This document shows positions 57,171 to 64,000 of a stretch of DNA of 64,000 nt, piece by piece. The position numbers were made by a program, and so were the translations under genes. Each line of letters starts with the position of its first letter. Within the stretch, counting starts at the first letter, position 1. The stretch spans positions 5,375 through 69,374 of the forward strand of contig MFGB01000023.1 in assembly GCA_001780275.1 (NCBI GenBank), in the 5' to 3' direction. Source of the DNA: Candidatus Falkowbacteria bacterium RIFOXYA2_FULL_47_19. Its GTDB lineage: Bacteria; Patescibacteriota; Patescibacteriia; Patescibacteriales; UBA12075. The notes beneath the pieces were generated by a model, which was given only the letters and a program-made list of their open reading frames with translations, searched no databases and had not been told where the DNA came from.

Positions 57171-57836
57171 TTATTTTTTCCTGTTAATTTTTTTTCTCAA
57201 CCATTCAAAGAATTTATCTTCACATACTTCAAACATATTTTTCCTTATAAATTTCTCACCCCTTTCCCTTAAAATCCAATCAAGGTATCTTTGCGTTCTG
57301 AAGTACCATGCAATAAAACCGAACAACATCAAGAAAAAACCAGCAATCAAACAAATTTTTGTTAACAACTCTGATTCTTTTTTATAGCGCTGACTAGACT
57401 GATCCATCTTACTAAATGCGTCTTCATAATATTCGCCTCCCTCATTTTTCACTTCTTCTAATGTGCTTATATAATCATCAAAAAATTCAATGGTTTTTTT
57501 CTGTTGATCATTACAAAACTGCATTTTTTCATTATACACCTGAACAAAATATTTGTTTTCTCCGCCCGCTAAATCCTTATAACATTTTTCAGTTATTTCT
57601 GAAATATTTTTTATATATTTATCTGCACTATTTATTGATCCAGTGATCGATTCTTCTCTAAATTTCATTTCACTCATTACTTCATTCCTATACTGCCACA
57701 TTTTTTTATTATAGCTATCCGGAATAAAAAAAGCGGTTACAAATAAAGCCAACCCAAAAATAGCAATAAACTTATATAGATTATCGGCTGGTAAACTTTT
57801 TTGAGGATTTAAGTCCATATTAAATTTTATTGACAC
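57171..57836 (-). CDS. membrane protein: two TM helices flanking a coiled-coil ectodomain
   Basis: TM helices at about aa 22-44 and 165-187, and a Lys/Arg-rich C-terminus. Confidence 0.5.
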   Translation of the reverse strand: MSIKFNMDLNPQKSLPADNLYKFIAIFGLALFVTAFFIPDSYNKKMWQYRNEVMSEMKFREESITGSINSADKYIKNISEITEKCYKDLAGGENKYFVQVYNEKMQFCNDQQKKTIEFFDDYISTLEEVKNEGGEYYEDAFSKMDQSSQRYKKESELLTKICLIAGFFLMLFGFIAWYFRTQRYLDWILRERGEKFIRKNMFEVCEDKFFEWLRKKINRKK

Positions 57837-57842
57837 GTACCA

Positions 57843-59318
57843 TTACTCCGCAATCCCAACTTTCCTAATATCATCATTCGCAATCCCAAGTCCCAACTCC
57901 CGCATAATAGTGTATGCCGCGCCGCCGTCTTTTAGGTAATGCGCATCACCGTCAAAATCGATGTAATAAGCCTGACCCCGGTCTTCGACTTGCAAAAAAA
58001 TTTTACCGCTGTGCTTTTTGGCAAAATCCTTATCCGATCTCATCTTGCTCAAATTCTCATTGGTTATTCCGACACCCAAATCCCTCATTATATTGTAAGC
58101 CTCGCTTCCGTCCGCCAGGTAATAACGCTTCTTGTCTTTGGGATTCACGTACCAGGCTTCGCCGCGGCCTTCGACCTGCAATAAAATTTTTCCCGTCAGG
58201 CGATCAGTCAATGCTTTGTCTGCCTTAGCTATCATTTTCCTTTCCTCCTCAATAAAAGATTTTATCTTTTCCATCCTATTTTCATTAGAAATACCCAAAA
58301 CTTCCACCTTTTTCTCGACGCATTTTGTCTGATCCGCGCTCCATTCATAACCGTCAACACAGGAACAGCTCGAGTTATTATTATCCCCTTTCACGCCGCT
58401 AACATTTACTCCGAAAGACTTCTCGCAATTCTTCGTATGCGAAATACATTCATTGCTCACCAAAATATATCCATCCGGACAGGTTTTTTGAACGCAATCA
58501 AAATTTTTGGGATCAGCATAATCCTCCCAAGTATACCCAGTATCGCAAACGCATTGACTATCGGTAGTAGAATATGAGTTTAATCCGCACTTATTGTTCG
58601 ACGCTTGAAGCAGCCGGTAAAGAGCATCGTAATCAACTTCGGTATCGCCGTCATCCACACATTCGTCGCCGTCAAAACGATATCCATGATCGCACTCACA
58701 CTCCTTGGATAAATTATCAAAGTTGGAATGGTAACCATATTTATTGTGGCAATACGTGCTACCGCTGACGCATATCAGATCGTCCAGAATACCTACGTCA
58801 AAAACATATCCATAACCGCATTCGCATTTGTCACTCAAAGAGTTGTGTCTAGCATTAAAACCGTATAAATTTTGACAATAAGTATCATATGAAATACACT
58901 GACCGCCGCTCATTATATAATTATAGTTACATTCGCAGGTATTACTCAAGCTGTTAAATCGAGAATTATATCCGTATTTACTCTGGCAGTATGAACTTCC
59001 CGATATACACCCGCTACCGCCGCTATTAGTAACATATCCCGAATTACATTTACAAGAATCGCTTAAATAGCTGTAGGTTGAATTTGAGGGGCAAGTCGGC
59101 GTACTATACGACGGGGAACTGTATGAAGGAGAACTATGCCCACCAGAACATTCAGGATAATAGGGAGCGCACGTTGCGGACAACGGCGTCCCGTCGCAAC
59201 AACCGCATCCACAAACGCCGCCGTGCCAAGAACAACAGCCACTTCTCGCCTCGGCAATATTCGGCATAAATACACCGACACCGAACACAATACAAAGAGT
59301 TGCAATAATTTTTTTCAT
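57843..59318 (-). CDS. secreted modular Cys-rich protein with two C-terminal 'GKILLQVE..GEAWYV' repeats
   Basis: Signal peptide, about 6 'YC..KYGY.S.F..LS..C.C..GY' modules, and the same ~50-aa repeat seen in 20347-21219. Confidence 0.65.
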   Translation of the reverse strand: MKKIIATLCIVFGVGVFMPNIAEARSGCCSWHGGVCGCGCCDGTPLSATCAPYYPECSGGHSSPSYSSPSYSTPTCPSNSTYSYLSDSCKCNSGYVTNSGGSGCISGSSYCQSKYGYNSRFNSLSNTCECNYNYIMSGGQCISYDTYCQNLYGFNARHNSLSDKCECGYGYVFDVGILDDLICVSGSTYCHNKYGYHSNFDNLSKECECDHGYRFDGDECVDDGDTEVDYDALYRLLQASNNKCGLNSYSTTDSQCVCDTGYTWEDYADPKNFDCVQKTCPDGYILVSNECISHTKNCEKSFGVNVSGVKGDNNNSSCSCVDGYEWSADQTKCVEKKVEVLGISNENRMEKIKSFIEEERKMIAKADKALTDRLTGKILLQVEGRGEAWYVNPKDKKRYYLADGSEAYNIMRDLGVGITNENLSKMRSDKDFAKKHSGKIFLQVEDRGQAYYIDFDGDAHYLKDGGAAYTIMRELGLGIANDDIRKVGIAE

Positions 59319-59615
59319 CCGATTAATTTACGCCAAGCACGCTATCGTAATTTATTTTTTAATAATGTTTATAGCCTCACCTTACCATATGTTAATCTTT
59401 TATTCAATAGATTTTATCGCTAAAAATAAAAAAAATCAGCCATTTTTGACAAGATCGTTAAAAATAATCATAGAAATAAAATTTTCATAAAAAAAATATA
59501 AAATTTTCCTGGAGAGGAGATTAAAAAACCGCCCCCTTAGGGCGATCTTCTGCCATCTGGACTTAAAACAATATCGTGGCCTTGCATGCGACCCAGAAGG
59601 TGTCCTGCCTAATCA

Positions 59616-59652
59616 AAAAGAAAAACAGTTCCCTCGGAACTGTTTTTCTTTT
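59616..59652. terminator. perfect 17-bp stem hairpin
   Basis: AAAAGAAAAACAGTTCC-ctc-GGAACTGTTTTTCTTTT. Confidence 0.6.
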
Positions 59653-59675
59653 TGGCACGGGTGGTAGGAATCGAA
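59653..59675 (-). other. tRNA 3'-end-like fragment (T-loop to CCA), candidate att remnant
   Basis: Minus strand reads TTCGATT-CCTAC-CACCCGT-G-CCA: T-loop, T-stem 3' strand, acceptor 3' strand, discriminator and CCA with correct lengths. The preceding bases (GCCCC) cannot pair with CCTAC, so it is not a whole tRNA. Confidence 0.35.
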
Positions 59676-59770
59676 GGGGCGAAAGCCCCACTCCATCATA
59701 TTTCACGGACGGTGCGGCTGAAGTTTAAAATATTAGTTTAAATATTCTATTTTATAAAAACGTATTATCA

Positions 59771-59880
59771 GGGTGGATTCTCTGCACACCGCCCACACAA
59801 ATTTAAAAGCTCTCCGAAAGGAGAGCCTTTAAATTTGCACGGGATCGTGGACAGTGTTAGAACCAAAATTGAACAATAAT
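59771..59880. repeat. bipartite intergenic repeat, copy 1 (with a 39-nt hairpin insertion)
   Basis: Part 1 is GGGTGGATTCTCTGCACACCGCCCACACAAATTTAAAA. Part 2 is TGGACAGTGTTAGAACCAAAATTGAACAATAAT. The parts are separated by the hairpin AAATTTAAAAGCTCTCC-gaaa-GGAGAGCCTTTAAATTT. Confidence 0.6.
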
Positions 59881-59975
59881 TTATAGATACAGAGATGTTT
59901 CTATCTAAACATTAAACTTTTTACACTACAAACAAAAGTCACAGTATATTGAACTGGAGATTTTTTTATTCATAT

Positions 59976-60866
59976 TTAGTTCTCAAATAGTGCGACTGTG
60001 TTGTTATACTGAAGCAATTTTCCGGCGCTTGAGATAAATAATCTTACGGTAGGTTTGGAATCGACGGCCGACCTGCCGACGAGTTCGTCCGAAAGCTTGT
60101 ATTTTTCATCTTGCCACTTCCATTGCCATCGACTCATGTCATCAACGGGGGTGACTGTAAGCGGTTGCGCAAGTCCAAGATTTTTAAGATACGTTTTTCC
60201 AACCTCTTTTATTTGGGCTTCCGAAACCTTAGGTAAGAATAGATCGCCTTTTGTGCATATACCTTGATAGTCCTCCGGGTAAACTACGCGAACCTCCACA
60301 ATATCGTGAGTCTTTGGATATACTTCATACTCATAGACCTGGCAGGTTTCTTCAATCTCTTTAGTTGCTCTGTAAATATTTACTATCCGCTTCCATGCCT
60401 GGGGTGTATCAATACGCTCATCACCTTGATCCGAAAGTTTTGTTAGCATCCCTACGTTAAAGTTTGCGGGGGATTGGCTACGGGAATATTCCACCACGAA
60501 ATTTGCGTCACCCATAAATTTCTTGATTGCATCTGTATCAGCCCGCATGGTTGCATCATCTGGCATTGTTAATGCCTTTACTGCAGCGTTATACCGAGCC
60601 TCGGCTACATCCACCTTTTTCTTTGATTCTCCACAAAAAACATCTTGGCCTCGTTCGTTCTTTTCCACGCAACCATGTTCAAATTCGTACTGAGCAATCT
60701 GACTCATTTCTTGTTGTAATTCTTCCACAGTTGGAATTTTGTCAGACAAAGGGATTTGTGTATCAATTTTTGTTTCATTACTTATAAGAATCGTAATGCC
60801 CGCTAATAATACGATACCAAAAATTCCTACGATTATTTTTATTTGTTGTGGTTTTGAAGTAAGCAT
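59976..60866 (-). CDS. membrane-anchored hypothetical protein
   Basis: N-terminal TM helix. No recognisable domain. Confidence 0.5.
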   Translation of the reverse strand: MLTSKPQQIKIIVGIFGIVLLAGITILISNETKIDTQIPLSDKIPTVEELQQEMSQIAQYEFEHGCVEKNERGQDVFCGESKKKVDVAEARYNAAVKALTMPDDATMRADTDAIKKFMGDANFVVEYSRSQSPANFNVGMLTKLSDQGDERIDTPQAWKRIVNIYRATKEIEETCQVYEYEVYPKTHDIVEVRVVYPEDYQGICTKGDLFLPKVSEAQIKEVGKTYLKNLGLAQPLTVTPVDDMSRWQWKWQDEKYKLSDELVGRSAVDSKPTVRLFISSAGKLLQYNNTVALFEN

Positions 60867-61046
60867 ATTAATTGCTTTAATTTTGACTTAATTTCAGTAT
60901 ACCTTATCAGTCCTGTTTTGTCGTGTTCAGTCTAGTGGTGAAAAGGAAAAAGGGTCAGACACCTTTTTCCCTAAAGTCATGGGGTCAAGTCTTGAATTTT
61001 GACTTTTTAGTTTGCTACGCCCTTAATGACCTGTTAATAGTCGAAT

Positions 61047-61125
61047 GGGGTAGGTTCTCTACACATCACTCACGCAAATCTAAAATCTTTCCTTGGACAG
61101 TGTTCGAACCAAATTGAACAATAAT
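61047..61125. repeat. bipartite intergenic repeat, copy 2
   Basis: GGGGTAGGTTCTCTACACATCACTCACGCAAATCTAAAA, an 8-nt spacer, then TGGACAGTGTTCGAACCAAATTGAACAATAAT. It abuts the stop codon of the ABC ATPase gene (61126). Confidence 0.6.
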
Positions 61126-62871
61126 CTATACTTCTCTATAAGATGTTTTTAATAACTGATCTTGTCTTGTTAATGTTAGTCTAACCTTGTCTTTATAATC
61201 AAAATCAAATTCATTAACAACAGAATCAAATTCATCTTTATTTACTGTTACAATATATTGAAAATTATTTCCCGACAGCTCTTGTTTGTATAAATAATTA
61301 AATGCTTTTACCATATCGTCTGTTCCGGCAGAAGCAAAAATATTATCATGTATTAAAAAACCAGGATGTTTTTTTGACGTATGTATATTGAGCATTAACA
61401 ATACATCGTAAATAAAGGTACGAGTTCGATTAACACCCGAACCACCATCCAAATTCACCCTATAATCGATATTAATATATTCTGCGCTCTCCTTTGTTTC
61501 AATATTAAAATGACACTCTTTATTTCCAGCTATAAATTCATGAATATTTTTTAAGTCGTTTTCAAAGTCACTAATTACATTTGATAATTCAAATATTTTA
61601 GAATCCAAATCGTCTAAAATTTCCCTGTTCTGCTTCTTAATTTTTTTTCTCTCATTTCTTTGTTCTTCTAAAATCTTATATTTTTCACTTAAATTTGCTA
61701 ACTCATTGTTTTTCTCCCTATGATTAATAATTGCTTCTCTTAAATTTTCAATTTTTTCTTTCGTATTATTAATTTGATAAATTTTTGATAATTTACTGTC
61801 TATATGTGCCCGGCTATCCTCGAGAAGCATTCTTTCTTCTTGGAGGCTTTTTAGCTTTCTTGACATTAAATTATTTTGAAAACTATCAATTTGTTTTTTA
61901 AATTCCATTACCTGATCAATAGACTTTTTCACTAAATCACCTAAGCCAAGCTTATATTGATTATAAATAATTTTAATATCGTTAGAATTTATTTGTTCGA
62001 TTTTCGGTAAATTTTTTATTCTTTGAATTGCATAATCTTTTGCACTCAGTTCTGTTAATACACGATCTAGCTCAATAGATAATTTGTTAAAATCATCATT
62101 GGTTTGTTTTGACCCCTCGCTTGGCTTCAGATCATCTATTGCTGAGCCCAACTTATTAACCTTGTCTTCAAGTTCGTTTAAATATGATTTTATTCTTTTG
62201 CTATCTGTACCAGCCATTTTAAAACTACTATTTATGGATGTGATAACTTTTTTTATTTGTTCCATTTTTCCATAATTTTTATTTAATTCATCAGCTTTCG
62301 AAATATCAAAATTAAATAGATACAAGTGAGGTTTAATTAAATAGGAATAATTTCTAACACCATGAAATGCCTTTACAATATCATCGTAATTTGTTTTTTC
62401 GTCACGTATAATAATTGATAAAATATTTCTCAAGGAAGGATGATTTTCTAAATCTGGATAAAACAAATATTCCAAATAATCCTTTGCGCTTTGCAGTGTA
62501 TTAAAAATTTTTTCTGATTGATCATCAATGATAAATATATCCTTCTTCTCATCTCTTGTTCTTTTTATTGTAACTATTTTAACATACTCTGTTGTTTCAA
62601 TTTCTAATTCTAAGCATACAAAAATGTCGTCATTAAAAGTGATAACTGGTATTTTATCAATTCTGCTTTCTTTTAAGTCCTTTAATAGACAAAAATTTAT
62701 CATTTCTGTCATCAATGATTTACCGACACTATTCATTTTTTTTCCTGTCACTTTATCGGAATCAACTTTTTCTCCAATAACAAAATTGAGGCCTTTTTTA
62801 AATTCAATCGGCTCAATAACTCGCGTGCTAAAATTATTTGGTTCAAAAAAAAGTTTTTTTATTCTTATCAT
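61126..62871 (-). CDS. DUF2326-like ABC ATPase with a coiled-coil insert (ABC-3C system ATPase)
   Basis: N-terminal 'FKKGLNFVIGEK...KKMNSVGKSLMTEMINFCLL' (interrupted P-loop as in DUF2326), about 250 aa of coiled-coil, and a C-terminal 'HPGFLIHDNIF' Walker B-like strand. Confidence 0.7.
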   Translation of the reverse strand: MIRIKKLFFEPNNFSTRVIEPIEFKKGLNFVIGEKVDSDKVTGKKMNSVGKSLMTEMINFCLLKDLKESRIDKIPVITFNDDIFVCLELEIETTEYVKIVTIKRTRDEKKDIFIIDDQSEKIFNTLQSAKDYLEYLFYPDLENHPSLRNILSIIIRDEKTNYDDIVKAFHGVRNYSYLIKPHLYLFNFDISKADELNKNYGKMEQIKKVITSINSSFKMAGTDSKRIKSYLNELEDKVNKLGSAIDDLKPSEGSKQTNDDFNKLSIELDRVLTELSAKDYAIQRIKNLPKIEQINSNDIKIIYNQYKLGLGDLVKKSIDQVMEFKKQIDSFQNNLMSRKLKSLQEERMLLEDSRAHIDSKLSKIYQINNTKEKIENLREAIINHREKNNELANLSEKYKILEEQRNERKKIKKQNREILDDLDSKIFELSNVISDFENDLKNIHEFIAGNKECHFNIETKESAEYINIDYRVNLDGGSGVNRTRTFIYDVLLMLNIHTSKKHPGFLIHDNIFASAGTDDMVKAFNYLYKQELSGNNFQYIVTVNKDEFDSVVNEFDFDYKDKVRLTLTRQDQLLKTSYREV

Positions 62872-63116
62872 TTTGATAATTTATAAACATATGGCTCACT
62901 AAAATCAATTAAACCAGTTATATATAAAAAAATAAGTGCTTGCATAGTGGAGGAATAATTAAATACATTGTTTTTGCTTTTTACTTCCGCATAAATATCA
63001 AAAATACTTACACGTTCCTTTTTCTTTAGAATTCTTAAAATTAAATATCCTACGTAAACAGAAGACAATTTCAGATCTTGTTCTGCACTTACTAAATTTT
63101 TTTTATCTATTCTCAT
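62868..63116 (-). CDS. 82-aa helical protein, ABC-3C middle-component-like
   Basis: The size, position between the CTD protein and the ATPase, and 4-nt (ATGA) and 14-nt overlaps fit the ABC-3C gene order. The assignment rests on context, not on a recognised motif. Confidence 0.5.
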   Translation of the reverse strand: MRIDKKNLVSAEQDLKLSSVYVGYLILRILKKKERVSIFDIYAEVKSKNNVFNYSSTMQALIFLYITGLIDFSEPYVYKLSK

Positions 63117-63669
63117 TGGAATTGTCTATTGGATTTGGAAAAATATTACAATTAATTAACTCTTTGAACAAATAAAATTCTACAGCTACATGATCGTAAC
63201 ATTGATCACAATCACACAAATTTTTATCTAATTCATCTGCAAAATATTTAACCAACTCTTTTAGCCCCAATAAAGGATTACCTCCATTTGCAGAAAGACA
63301 CTCCCTGCTTTTCTCCCTTAAAAAAAGTGCGATTTTGTCGGATATAATTTCTATGTTTTCAATATACTTTATTGCCTCTGTGTAACTTTGGCTATACACA
63401 TCAAGAAGTTCGGAGTATCGATTTTTTAAATCTTCTCTATATTTTAGAAATCTATCATCCAATTTTATTACTAAATCTTTTTCGCTATCCTCCCTTACTT
63501 GATTATTTGCTTTTTCACCTATTAGAATGATTAATTCCGTTATAGTTTTTATCTGAATACTTTTGTTTTTCGGATAATTAAAAACATTATCACCAAAATG
63601 ATTTTTTTCAGCTTGACCATTAATTACCGGGGAATTTTTGCCCTTTGTATTAGATGTATTATCTAACAT
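63103..63669 (-). CDS. ABC-3C effector/CTD-component-like protein (no recognisable enzymatic effector domain)
   Basis: A helical 188-aa protein encoded first in the overlapping trio, with a C-terminal 'CDCDQCYDH' cluster. The assignment is contextual. Confidence 0.45.
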   Translation of the reverse strand: MLDNTSNTKGKNSPVINGQAEKNHFGDNVFNYPKNKSIQIKTITELIILIGEKANNQVREDSEKDLVIKLDDRFLKYREDLKNRYSELLDVYSQSYTEAIKYIENIEIISDKIALFLREKSRECLSANGGNPLLGLKELVKYFADELDKNLCDCDQCYDHVAVEFYLFKELINCNIFPNPIDNSNENR

Positions 63670-63760
63670 TTAGTTATCACCAAAATGATTTTTTTCAGCT
63701 TGACCATTAATTACCGGGGAATTTTTGCCCTTTGTTTTAGATATATTTAAATATCTGTTA
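63587..63760. repeat. 87-bp-period tandem duplication spanning the micro-ORF/CTD gene junction
   Basis: 63587-63649 and 63674-63736 are identical over 63 nt (ttatcaccaaaatgatttttttcagcttgaccattaattaccggggaatttttgccctttgt). Similarity continues for about 11-30 nt more with mismatches. Confidence 0.9.
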
Positions 63761-63837
63761 GTAACAGCGTAGGAAGTAAATCCCCCTGCGATTATTCCTG
63801 AAATTATACTTACTATAAGATTTAATAATATTTCCAT
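63670..63837 (-). CDS. 55-aa single-TM micro-protein sharing 21 aa with the downstream protein
   Basis: Own translation: MEILLNLIVSIISGIIAGGFTSYAVTNRYLNISKTKGKNSPVINGQAEKNHFGDN*. Its TAA is immediately followed by the ATG at 63669 (TAAATG). Confidence 0.4.
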   Translation of the reverse strand: MEILLNLIVSIISGIIAGGFTSYAVTNRYLNISKTKGKNSPVINGQAEKNHFGDN

Positions 63838-63885
63838 AGTTTTAGTTTAGAATTAATAAGCTTATTTTTATATAAAAAAAGACAC

Positions 63886-64000
63886 TTAAAAATCAATTTC
63901 TATTTCGGAAATTCTGTCAAGTTCAAAATTAATTGAATTTTTAATGCCCTCAATTTTTTTATATTTTTCGGCTATTTCTTTTTGTTCATCTAAATCGTAA
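63886..64000 (-). CDS. C-terminal end of an unidentified ORF (5' part outside the window)
   Basis: Own translation: ...YDLDEQKEIAEKYKKIEGIKNSINFELDRISEIEIDF*, with the stop at 63886-63888. It is helical and charged. It has a weak resemblance to the conserved helices of R-M S subunits, which I do not trust. Confidence 0.35.
   Translation of the reverse strand, partial: YDLDEQKEIAEKYKKIEGIKNSINFELDRISEIEIDF

Noticed and set aside
59500-59615. GC-richer patch (..CCGCCCCCTTAGGGCG..CTTCTGCCATCTGGAC..GTGGCCTTGCATGCGACCCAGAAGGTGTCCTGCC) and the 61047-61121 repeat, tested as tRNAs.
   Set aside because: Neither folds into a cloverleaf. The anticodon-like GTGGC-CTTGCAT-GCGAC arm has a mismatch, and there is no D-arm or T-arm. 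The possible pseudoknot pairings are too short to call.

Overview
Reading by eye only, with no searches run. This 64-kb window looks like a contig from a small-genome, secretome-rich bacterium. I infer a Patescibacteria/CPR-like organism from the CxxC-x17-CxxC, DUF134/DUF5320 and TrmB genes and a recurring 'G[KR]ILLQVE..GEAWYV' repeat. Almost all genes are on the minus strand. The window is a compositional mosaic. A visibly GC-rich core (about 10.95-45.0 kb, plus 1-0.64 kb) encodes lipoproteins and secreted proteins, an SPFH pair, GT2/DedA, M23 and CAP proteins, MarR, Maf, TspO, DUF134/DUF5320, a Memo-like protein and RadC. Two visibly AT-rich blocks flank it. Block 1 (0.9-10.7 kb) is a one-strand defence cluster: Type I R-M hsdR/M/S, a Dam-like methyltransferase, a DUF262/DUF1524 (GmrSD-like) nuclease, a GIY-YIG protein and an antitoxin-less MazF/PemK toxin. 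Block 2 (45-64 kb) carries membrane proteins. It also carries a 1272-aa TM + TPR-like + GreA/B-C-like + PIN-like giant protein with membrane partners, and an ABC-3C-type three-gene module whose 5' end has an 87-bp tandem duplication. Several GC-richer junction scraps sit in this block, including a disrupted JAB-only radC remnant, a tRNA-3'-end-like fragment and a bipartite repeat. The least explained region is a 2.6-kb ORF-poor block (23.9-26.6 kb) bracketed by two near-identical terminator modules. It holds RNase P RNA-like motifs and a tandem array of hairpin-dense units of roughly 130 nt separated by expandable all-purine linkers. Also notable is a radical SAM/SPASM gene translationally coupled to a Cys-rich 66-aa peptide (candidate RiPP). 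I saw no rRNA, canonical tRNA, CRISPR array, integrase or transposase.
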